NCBI GenBank assembly: GCA_050575255.1
Contig: JBNZDD010013730.1
Coordinates: 6,965,498-7,029,497 of the forward strand
From: Harriotta raleighana
Lineage: Eukaryota
Direction of reading: 5' to 3'
Length of the DNA stretch: 64,000 bases
In this document: in pieces, positions 11,601 to 23,600 of the stretch
How positions within the stretch are numbered: position 1 is the first letter of the stretch
How the letters are laid out: each line of letters begins with the position of its first letter
The notes under the pieces: model-generated
Databases searched by the model: none
Seen by the model: the letters and a program-made list of their open reading frames with translations, nothing else
Told to the model about the DNA's origin: nothing
Made by a program: the position numbers and the translations under genes

Positions 11601-14600
11601 GGTCTCTGCTTTGATGGCCCACCTTGGGCAGCCAGCTGTCGCTCATTGTGCGCTTGGAGATATTGGAGGACAGCCAGTGTACTTGGAATTATACCCAAAA
11701 ACAAAATCACCACAGCCACCAAGACAGGAAGGAAAATAGAAAATAGCTCATTATTCTGCCACAAAAATCTCATCTTCTGCAAAGGACATTAGTGCGGTGC
11801 CCAGAATTTCTCTTATCACACGAGGGAATTGGAGCGATTCTGAATTGCTAGGTCTGAAACGATTGAGTCCATTGTAATTCCCAACCCAAATTACACATCA
11901 GCATTGCCAATGGCATATTTTGCTTCTCCTACAGTGAAAACAGGAGGTGTGAAAAATTAAGTGCAGTTAATCCAGCTGCTGATGCATTTTGTTCAAAGTT
12001 CTGCCAGGGCTCGTCACATTCTCTTTTTAAAGTGTGTAACAGGCTTGATGCCACAAAGGAACTTGATGTCACCCATTGCTTTCACGTAGAATCGGGAAAA
12101 AGGTAGAATAATTGCATGCAAGCAGTGCCTCTTTTGCCAGGTGTCTTCACATTTTCTGCCACTCATTTTCCGGTACCTTTTCTATAACAAAAATTATAGT
12201 AAACACTTGCATTCGACAAAGTGCCTTTCGAGTCAGAAAAATGTTTCCAAGTGCATCACAAGATGTGCTGTTAAGCGTAATAGCTCCATTTTGTACTTAA
12301 AACAACNTCGACAAAGTGCCTTTCGAGTCAGAAAAATGTTTCCAAGTGCATCACAAGTGTAATAGCTCAATTTTGTACTTAAAACAATNTCCAAGTGCAT
12401 CACAAGATGTGCTGTTAAGCGTAATAGCTCCATTTTGTACTTAAAACAACATTTTGTCCTGTTAACAGACTGTGATGAGTACCAATGAATGTGGGGGTAA
12501 ATTTTACCAGGTGTGTCCACACCACCAAATGTACTTTACAACAATTCCCTTCTCAGCACTGCTGTAAACCAAACTCACCATAAGCCAACAGCTATGTTTT
12601 GTACATCAGCAGCATCCACAGTGCACTATAGAGGCACATACTTGATTGGAATTGGGTTCATCATTTCAGAATAAACTTACCTGAACTTGTAAAGGGAGGG
12701 AGTTTTAACTGACATGCACTCTGCACAAATGCAGTCTGTTTATCATTTGTTCTTCAATGTAAGTTTTTTTAAAATTTAAATCCAATTAAGAATGAGACCA
12801 AATAAACAAGAGATAGAATGCTATATTTCCACCTCATATTTCACTTTGAATTCAAATCCAGGATGCACACTGACAGGATGAAGGCTTTTCTCTTTGATGG
12901 ATGTCAGGATTCTAACTAAACTAAGTTTGAGTTTCAATTTAGGTCTAGGTCTAGGTGAATGTGACGACACAGCAAAAATCATCCATAATTCCCCATTAGC
13001 TAGTCAGCCACATTGAGAAAGGCTGGTGTAAAAGCAGAAATGGAAATGATGCACAAGTAAATGTGATTCTGTAGGATGTCAGGATTCTAACTAAACTAAG
13101 TTTGAGTTTCAATTTAGGTCTAGGTCTAGGTGAATGTGACGACACAGCAAAAATCATCCATAATTCCCCATTAGCTAGTCAGCCACATTGAGAAAGGCTG
13201 GTGTAAAAGCAGAAATGGAAATGATGCACAAGTAAATGTGATTCTGTAATTCTGAAGTCAAGATTAAGGCACACTATTGAGGCAATTTATGCCACATTCT
13301 CAGTTACATAAACTCAGTAGCAGCCTTATCCCAGACAGCAGCAGTACAAGGTAAGTGAGAAGGTGACATCTCCCCTCCCTCTTCTCTTTCAGAGATGCCT
13401 CAAAACAAACTTCTTTGTCCATGCTTTCAGTCATCCCTTCTTCACCCGCTCAGCTCCAGTCTCTAGGCAGAATTGTTAAGCTCTTTGGGACTTCCTCTGC
13501 CTTTGGGTCTGTGAAAGGCAATCTACAAGCGCAAATTGTACTGTGTTGTATCACCTCTCCAGAACTGACTAACATGTCCAAGAGGTGTGATTTCGACCTC
13601 CTTCTCTGGAGGCTGCAGAGTTGGTTGGCTGCTCATCATCTGGCTGCAGAGCCACCAATGTGGGAAGCATTTGACTGATCTGCAGAGATGCTCTCTCAAA
13701 CAGTGACTCCAACATAATACAGGATTGGAATTTGTGACTTTGAAACTGTTATTTTGCTGCTGCCAGCTCAGTGCTTTCTGTACCTTGGGACAAACAGATT
13801 CTGCATCCTCAGCAACCTCATGGTAAAGTAGAACCACATCTATCTGAAATGCTGCTCCAATACTGCAAATTGTGAAGCCTTACATATTATGTTCATGATA
13901 TTCACATTGAGTAATGGGGTACAGGGGGAAAAGACCAGTATATATTTTTTAAAATCACAAATCAGGGTCAGAGAGAACCCTATTTATTTCACTCTTTGTC
14001 AGATGAAAGCCTAAAAATAATTCTTAAACTAAAAAAAACATGTTTTGATGGCTACAATTTTATTATTTCTAAAAAGCTAGCATGTTTTAAACAAACATGG
14101 CACTAAAGCAAAATGCTTTAGGGAGACCTATTAGCTCAGAAATCAGAAGAGTGTTAAATCCCAGGTATAAAGCAAACAGTAAAAACTGTGAATTCTATAA
14201 CTTGTAGGTAATTTTATAGAGCAAATTTCAATAGATAATTAATTTACAAGAGCATGGTTGAACTCATTTCCTATTGTTCTTGGTGATAACTACAGCAACC
14301 AAATTTATATTTGTATAAAGCCTTTCACGCCGGGAGGATGTCCCCAAAAAATAAAAGCCAGTCTCTATAATGTATGGATTGTATACTAATGGCTTGTAAA
14401 CCACACTAAACGTGCCCTCCACCACTATCTGTGTCATGCATCAATGTACATGTGAAGAGGGGAGAGGATTATTGGAGTTCTTAATCCTTTATTGATCCAC
14501 AGATGGACTCGACCCTGACTCAATCGAAATAATCAGATCAAACATGACCTCAGCCAATGAGAGAATCTGAGATTTCATATGGATGATCAGCACAATTGCT

Positions 14601-17600
14601 GGAAGACAAATTAGTTAGAATGGCATTCGGTGTGCAAGAACACAAATAATTAATTACAGTGAGCCAACTACATCTTCAAAGAATAAATCAACTCATAAAC
14701 ACAAGTTTTTTCTCATCCAGTGCCTCATGAATGTGATGATTTTGTAAGATTATAGATATTATAAAATCTACAAATTTTGTAAGAAAGACAAAATTATAAA
14801 TATTACAAAAATCATCTTAAACATTTTAGAGTTAGATTATAATCAATACATTACAAAATTACATTTATATAGTGCCTTTCATGATGGGAGGACATCCCAA
14901 GGGCCTGGATTTTTAATTAGTTTGATTTTTAATTGACATGCACTCTGCACAAATCTAGTCTGTTTAGAATTCATTCTTCAATTTAGATTCTGCATCAACC
15001 CATAATAGTAACAGCACCCCATAAATAATGTTAATAGAAGATCTACAAATCTCAAAGCACTTCACAGGTAAATGTTGTGAAGTATAGTGACTAGTTGGAT
15101 TGATGGCCAGAACATTCAAGTAAATCTTTTTTCTTTACAATTAGTGCAAAGAGATCTTCAACATCCCGCAATACTATTCATAAATTATTTAACAGGAAAA
15201 CAGGTTTAACATTGCGCACAAAGGTTACTGCACAACCATTGGAACAGAGCATTTCCTTCCAGCAGTGCTGTTTTGCATCATTACCTCATCAGACTAGCAG
15301 CTTCATTGCCATTGTGGGGTTTGAACACACATACTCTCACACCAGGTGATGGGAGTGCAACCAAACAAACCAGGCTGGCATCTTGTATACATGAATCCCA
15401 ATGATCAGGCGAAAGCAGATGGAAGACCTCATACTTTCTCAGTTCCACCACTCTGTTATCACCATGCTTTAACGCTGTAGTAATGCAGCAGATGGATAGG
15501 TGAATATGGGTACAACGGTTTGACATTTATCAGTAGAACACCGCAAACCTGGAGTGTAAATCAGTTCCAGAGAGTGAGAGTTAGCAGAGGTTCATTAAAC
15601 CAAAATTAGATGCTCTCATAGGAGAGTATTGAGTAAACAATTGAGATTGTCGACTAGATTCCATGCTGTACACTCCCTAAAGTGTGTTTAGGAGATGTTG
15701 GTACTTTAGATAGTCTTGTTGATAACTGCATATTTATGCCCAAATTGAATTAGACCTAAAACACCAAGGTCTAATGCAATTACTTTGAAATGAACCGTTT
15801 TCAAAATTGAATAAAGTAATATCTTACAAGATAGTGGATGGCTTGATATCAGATATTATTTCTCATGGATTGTGGACAATAAAAACAACACAGTTACATT
15901 TGTATGGTGGCTTTTGGGAGAAATCAAGGACCCAAACACCCTAATTTCAACAATGCAATTTTAATCTTAAAAAAATCAGAATATCAATAATACATTTGAG
16001 AATTTAATTTCTTAAAATTAGATAGTTTTCCTTTAGGAAATAGCATTATGGGATATAGTACATAGGTAGTGCGGGACACAGTCCGTTAGCTCAGTGATTA
16101 GAGCACTCACCTCACAACCTTTCATTCCTGGCAGGGCCAGTTTCCTTACTCCATGCGCCTGATAATAATATCTTGTGGAAAAAAAGCAATAATATCATAC
16201 ATTGGTCATTTCAATCTACAGCTGTGTGTGGGACACTGCTGTGGCAATTTGCTGCCACGTTTTACCCACAAATGTATAGTCAATTCACTTTACATTACAA
16301 ATGTTATCACATTTTCTGCAAAGCAATCAATGTGCTTGACCATTTAGAGTTTAGATTGATGGGACTCAGTATCGAAGATGACTATGGGAATAGAGTATAA
16401 TTTTTATAGTGATTTAATAGCATGTCATCTATAATTACTGCTATAATGGTAAATATTGATTCTCTTTTAAGACGACTTTCACCGTACTCACTTTCTTTTA
16501 AATTCTGAGACAGAGCGATTACCAAAGAGGACTAAAGTACACTAAGGTCATGCAAGCACATATAGAATAACCTCAGAAGGATGACACAATATCTCTTCAT
16601 TCCCCCTTCCCGTGAGACAGCAACAATTCACATTGGATACATTCAGTAGTTGCTATAATCCTCTGGTACCTCACAAAAGTTGCTATCCGTGTACATCCTT
16701 GAAAAGTGAGTACTGTATTTGACCATCACACCTAAGTCTGGTAACTGACTAAAATCCAAATGCAGGTTATTTTCAGCAATACTTTATAGGTAGAGATCAG
16801 AAGCTGGAACTTTGAAGACCTCCTGCATCTACCCCAAGGAATGGGATCTTTCAGGGTTCCCATCTCACCACCAACTCAACATAATGATTCACCCAGAGTT
16901 TCTATGGCCCTGTATCCCATCACCTGGCACATTTGTCTCTCTGATTTTATATCTGGAGACCTGTAGCTCGGTGGTTAGAGCACTTACCTTGCAAGCGAGA
17001 GACCTGGGTTCAATTCCAGGCAGGGCGAAACCTTGGGCAAGTTTCCTGAATGTATTCTACATGCCTGATGATAATCCCTTGAAAAAAACAATAATACAAC
17101 AGCAGTGTTCCCACAATCCATGATTGTTTGTGGGACACTGCTGTGCGCAATTGGCTGCCGCGATTCATCCAAAATATACAATCAATTCACTTTACAGCAT
17201 ATTCTGTGAAACACTTTGAGATGTCTAGAAAATGTGAAAAGCGCTATATCAACAAGCAAGGATTATTATTATTATTATTTGCTGATGACTCCGCATTTAT
17301 AGGCATGCTCCAAGCACGGCTCTGGAGTTTCATGGTTTCAAAACATACCAGAATTATAAAAACAACACAGTAAGATTACTACTACTGTGCTTTCTTCTTT
17401 GAACCCTCGAATTGTTCTGAGAGTAGTGGATAATGTGAAATTATGTCTCAGTGTGACATGCAACCTTCCAGCAAAAATGTTGGCAATCATCTTTTAGAAT
17501 TACAGTACGAAATAAAGGGCAAATGGAGCAACATGTTGTACAAGTGGAGTTTTGATAGCTTTAACGGAATGATTTGGATAATGTTATCTGCTCTTATTAA

Positions 17601-20600
17601 CATTTTAGATGATCAGTTTCACACAAACTCAACATTTCAGAAATGTGTGATGAACTACATCATCATCAGACCAAAATGCAATAGAGATGCTCTGCCATTA
17701 TCTAAAGGACAATACAGTAAAACCTAGTTTATCTGGCACCCACGGGACCTTGCCAGTGGCGGTTAAACGATTTTTCGGTTGAACGGATTTATATTTTTAA
17801 AAATTACTAAATATAATTTTTGCAAAAAAAAATTAGAAATTACTTTAACACATACCATATTAATAATGGACTAAATAATAACAGAATATTCTATTAGTAT
17901 ATTATTATTTATACTTAGCAATTGCAGCACTGATTCGACGGGAGGTAAAAAACACGAGTTTAAAAAGCAATGAGTTTAGACCTAATGGCCAGCACACACA
18001 GACACACACTCAGACACAGACCCTCAAAGATATTCAGTCTGAATCCATCATATAAATTCTGGGCCCCCCCCCTTTCCTCTCTCTCCCTCCACCCCCCTCT
18101 CTCTCTCTGCAGCAATCTGCCGGCCATTTCTCTCTCTCACTCCATTATGTTTTCTTCTATCTCTCTCTCCCTTTCCCCATATCTCATTCCCCTCACCCCT
18201 CTCTTTCTCTCCATTCCCTCCCCCTCTCTGTTTCCTCCCCTCCCCCCCCTCACCCTCTGGCCACTACCTGCAGCAGTATTTATCAGGTATACAGTACTTA
18301 CCTTCCCAACGACAAACAGTCATCCATACGAACGAGGTAAAATAAAAACTGTGAGTTTTAAAAGGACCCATAATGAGTTTAGACCCGACATTCAACGCGT
18401 CGCCTGCTAACTTTCGGTTAGTCGGATTGGGATTTTTTTTTGGAGNACCCCTCTCTTTCTCTCCATTCCCTCCCCCTCTCTGTTTCCTCCCCTCCCCCCC
18501 CTCACCCTCTGGCCACTACCTGCAGCAGTATTTATCAGGTATACAGTACTTACCTTCCCAACGACAAACAGTCATCCATACGAACGAGGTAAAATAAAAA
18601 CTGTGAGTTTTAAAAGGACCCATAATGAGTTTAGACCCGACATTCAACGCGTCGCCTGCTAACTTTCGGTTAGTCGGATTGGGATTTTTTTTTGGAGGTG
18701 GCGGTTGAACGGGTTTTCCGATTATTTGAATCACGGATAAACAAGGTTTTACTGTATGATGCTCAAAAGGAAACATCCCTCCAGTCACTTCAGTGAATGA
18801 ATGTAGAAGAGATCCCAAGGAAACTGCAGTAGCTTTAGTTAATTTGTGTTCCAAGTGACTGCAGGCTACAGTTAAAATGAAGCAAAGATAGTAATGGCAG
18901 ATACTGGTTGCCCACATATACATGCATATTGTTCACTGAGCTTTGACAACAATTTTCATTTTCATCCTCATTGTTATTTGTAGATTGTTTAAATGACTAA
19001 ATTTTATCTATTTGAAAGCTGAGCTCATACTTAATAATTATGAATCAAGTACAGTACTGTTGTCATTCGATGCAGGTTAGGATTTTTGCATCACTTTAAG
19101 TGTTCTTCCTATTAATGGCCAAATTAACAGATACTGTACAGATAGCAAAGCTTGGAGTTAAACATGCCTCCTATCCGCAAGAAAGGTGAAGTAAATGGAA
19201 AAGGTTTAATAAAAAATATTATTAAATTTTGAAGATAGTTTGTAGGAACTTTTCTTGTATTTGTAATAATTACAGTAGATAAAACCAGGATCAAAAGAAT
19301 CAAAAGATACAATGTTAATTCATCTGAATTTTGCTGACATACTTTTTTTTTAAAATTGAACTATCCCTCATTTTAAACTAGTTTGAATTGAAGTGTGTGC
19401 TCCTACATTTGAAAGTGTCCACATTGCAAATGATCAGATTCAGATCACACAAACTGTTGCATTAAAAGCTTTTACATCAACACAGGAACAACCTCAAACA
19501 TTGGTTACTTGCAGGATTTCGGTTTATATAGACCAGGTGTCCAACTTGCATTGAGGGAGAGACGCACAAAGCATTCTACAACATTCTGCATCATTTTTAT
19601 TGTTAAAATACTATTAACAAGCTAAAAAAAAAAGTTCCCTAGCATGTGGTTTTTTCATGTTGTGCTTTGGCAAAAACAAAGATGCACAAGATTTGGAAAA
19701 GCACTTGAACTTCGACCAGGAACAAAACTGGAAAATCTAATTTCAAAATTGTAATGCAAAGTCTGAATTTATCAGATTCCAAGGTCTAAATTTATTTGGA
19801 TTCTGTTTACGAGGTTAAAACCTACCATCTATGCTTAACTCCCACTCACTCACTGTGATTCACATTCTATTTATTCTCATAGAAAACAAACTACTGTAGT
19901 CAACTGGTGCTTTATTTTTTGAAAAAAACAAGTACTGTACATTGTTTCACAGTTACTTTATATTGAGGTATATGATTTTTTTCAATATTAGATTAAGGCA
20001 TCTTACAATATTGTATATTTAAATGAGTTGCAGTGAACATTGAAGGGACTAAGTCTTTTTTCCTATATTGAGATACAGAATGTGCCTGAGGTATTGAACC
20101 AAAGTCATGTACTGTATTCTTGTTTTCAGATGGTGATACTGTAACACTGTTACAAAAGAAAATTTAATTTCCGTCAGTGTCAAACTTCCTGATTACTTGG
20201 CCATTTTCCCCATGGCAATTTTTGCGATCTTGCCAGCACAATTTGGAGTCAAGTCTGTCACAAATATTCCACATACCACTAACAAGCTGACTTTTAATAT
20301 TAAGTTATAGTTTTTTAAGTTAGATTTTTTTCTTGAAGATCTAAAGGTCTTTTAAATAAGCTTCTGCCTGCTCAGATGGTTTTGTGGAATTATTATATTA
20401 TCCCATCAGGTTTCATTTATCTCATCTTGATGGAAAAGATTTATTACAAATCAATTTTCTTATTTTTCTTAAAGTCTAGGCTATTTTGCTTTTGGTAACA
20501 TTTAAAATACAATAGAAGAATTGATTCCTTTAGGAATTCAGCAAAGATCATTATATGATCCTTATATGATGGATAATTTAGCCTGGAAATTATTTCAATG

Positions 20601-23600
20601 AGGTGTGACCATACAAAAAGAACTAGCAGAGCCAGCAATTCAATCACATTCACTGCTGTTATGATGACATGCTTTTGAAACAAACAAAATTAAATGTGAG
20701 TAAGCAAACCACAAATCTCATTTACTGTACTTTACAATTCAAAAGCTCACATCATTTCATACATGATAAGCAAGAAAAGTAATAGTGCCAAGATGTTAGA
20801 CTATTAGTGTGTTAGCCTATTAGTATAAATGGAAAAGTTATATTAAAAACTACAAAACAGTATTTAATTATAAATACAATATTTAATTATAAATAAAAAG
20901 TAAGTTAAATAACACACTGACATACATACATATGACATACATACATCAACTTTTAGATGTAAATTGAAGTTGGAATTTTGTATAATGCTGACTCACATAA
21001 CAGCTTGCTCCTTTGTAGCACCTTTCAAGCAATTGAACATCTCAAAAGGCTTTACAGAGAGGATGGGAACACACAGGTTAAAGAAGTTATTGGGATGAGT
21101 TGTTCCTGGTACATCAGGCCACACAGATTAATGCAACGATAACAGTCTTACCATTACTTGTGTTCAATAATTGCAAGCAATGGTTTTGTTCTCCTGATCA
21201 AAGTAAATAACATCAACAGGTACATTAGTACCACGTCATGCTGTACATGAAGAATTGTTATACAAGATTGAAGTCTGAAATCACAAAAGGGAACATATAT
21301 CTTGTATATTATATGGTCGCTGCTGTTGAAATAGGATTCCAGTCGTCAAGAAATTGCAGAGGATGCAGAAGAGCAGGTACTGATTTAGATCCAGATCAGG
21401 GAAGGAAAGAATGGCGTGAAACTTAGTTACTAGACTATAGTATCCCCATGGCAGCATATCACCTACATGCAAAACAAAATCAATATATTCATATTAATAA
21501 TAATCTTTCTAATGTACAGTAACTAAGGAAGAATAAAATATGTAGGAGGAAAACACATGTCCTTTTCTAGATTGAAAATGAAATGAGTCAGTCAGGAATG
21601 GTTGGAAAATCTAGCAGATTTGATTACTTCTCTTTTCGCTGGTAAACTGTGAGAGTAACAAAATGGTTGCCAGTTCCACATAGGGTGAAGCATATTGCTA
21701 GGAAAACGAGAGAAATATGTGCTTCCTCAAGAATTTGCAAGTTAAACCATCCGTACTAAATTATGATGCATAATAATCTTGCTTGTTTAGCCTCAGGTTT
21801 TTTTCTGCTGCTGTAGCCATTAGTTACAGTCTAAATTCTTATACCAGCTCCTAACGGTTATTAACATTCAATTGTGCAGTAAAGACGACTTAGTCTAAAT
21901 TAGAGAGATTACAACATCCTATTTTTATTTCTAATTCATTACCCGCTTTGCTGTAACCTCTGCAGTTTCATGATGATTGGACTCCAATATCAGCAGGAAG
22001 TCATGTAATATGGAAAATGCACTTCAATACAATTGGACACATGCTGAAAATAAAATTCAAGGCGCTTGCTGAGGTATGGATATTCTGCACGCAGTGCTAT
22101 GTGGCGGCAGAGACATAGTATTGCATTAGAGTAGAGCACGTGGGGGAGAAAAAAGGCAGATGCTGTTAATGTGCATCTCATTTTGATCTTCCGTCTAATT
22201 TGGAAAATGGTGATCAAGTCCGGGAATTTTTAATAGAATTACAATTAATGTAAATATCATTATAAGAAGCAATGTAACTCTCAATTTTTGGAACTGAAGG
22301 AAAGGAATGCAGACTCCGGTTATGTGCTAATGTCAAGCACCGATAAGATGAAGTTGCATATTATTGGCAAGAGTAACAGGCTGTGCAGTTCCCATGGAAC
22401 CTAACCTAACCTAATCTTAACCTAACTGACTTCACTGTGAAGCAAATTATATTGCTTGGATAACCTCAGTTATAGTTGCTGAGTGGCATAAGGAAAGAAA
22501 GGGACGGGCAAACATTCTAGTCGTTTTATGGCTGCACAGAATATCAGGATTGAACTTCGAAAAATGGAAAAACGTTTTTGTTTTTAAACCTCCAAACATA
22601 TAATGGTGTTATTCATTCAAGTGTTAGTGAAACACTGCAGGAGTAGAATGGTGGGTCAAATTATTAGTCCTCTTGGTGATGGAAGTGAATAAACAGGATC
22701 ATGTCTGGCCCCAAATAGATCAATCTTCTTCAAACAATTTACATGCTCCCCGAGTTACAATGAAATGCAAAATGTTTTGTACTTATAACTGATATAAAAA
22801 AAACACTGCTGTATCGGAAAATTCAGAGAAGTCTATGGAAATAACTGCTGTGTGTTGAGGCTATGGCTGATGTCAACATCTGTTAATGTGCATTGCTGGT
22901 GAGAAAGATACTGAAGTGAAAGAGATTGATGGGGATGAAGATTGCTTGTCGTCAACACCAGCTCAGCCTCTATGTGGAAGTGTTGATTTGTGAAAAAACA
23001 TATTAGGTCATTCAACATTTCACACTTTGGACGATTGCATCTAACAACTGTCAGGGAGAATTGGAAGCCTGGCCCAGATAACAGATCTTAATGATACAAG
23101 TAGTAAATAAAAATCTCCTATTAATGGGTCTGTGGCTTTTACTTATTTTTTTCCCCCATTAAAATGCTCACAAGTCTTGTCGAAGTTATTTTAAAGTACT
23201 TGGAATTGTTTCATATTTTGATTCTGTCAAATGTTGGGCCCGTTTTGAACTAAATCTGGCACGTAAAAGGTTTTAGTCCAGTAAATTGACTTTTATTACA
23301 GGTAGAGCTCTGTTGAGTTGATTTCTCATCCGTGATTTCTCATCTGTGATTACATTTATCCTCAAAAGGGTTTTTAAAAGTATTTATAATTTTGTACAAT
23401 ATTTTCACTTGTTTTTGATAACATTCATTTTAGTTCAACATTCTTTGGCTGATTCTTTTCAATGGCTTGGCACTTAATATTTCCAGTTCATCTCATACAA
23501 ACATGCAAGGCTGAATATTATTAATTTCTGCAAAAGGATTTGATTTGGACATTGCACAGTAACTATAGAAATACAGCATCCTTTTCAAGATAGCTTTTCC

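Noticed and set aside
11591-11782. Minus-strand 63-aa ORF with a hydrophobic TM-like stretch (possible nested micropeptide)
   Set aside because: It partly overlaps what looks like an old SINE relic on the + strand (similar to about 40030-40230), has no recognisable homology or splice support, and hydrophobic stretches arise easily from T-rich sequence.
12213-13248. CRISPR-like or functional repeat array
   Set aside because: Eukaryotic intron; the copies are overlaps or tandem duplicates with no repeat-spacer structure.
16955-17030. tRNA gene
   Set aside because: A and B boxes are present, but the sequence continues into a SINE body repeated four times in the window; these are SINE heads.
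17970-18923. Overlapping 74-146 aa ORFs and an apparent tandem repeat
   Set aside because: Low-complexity CT-rich MITE interior plus an N-joined assembly duplicate; no transposase motifs.
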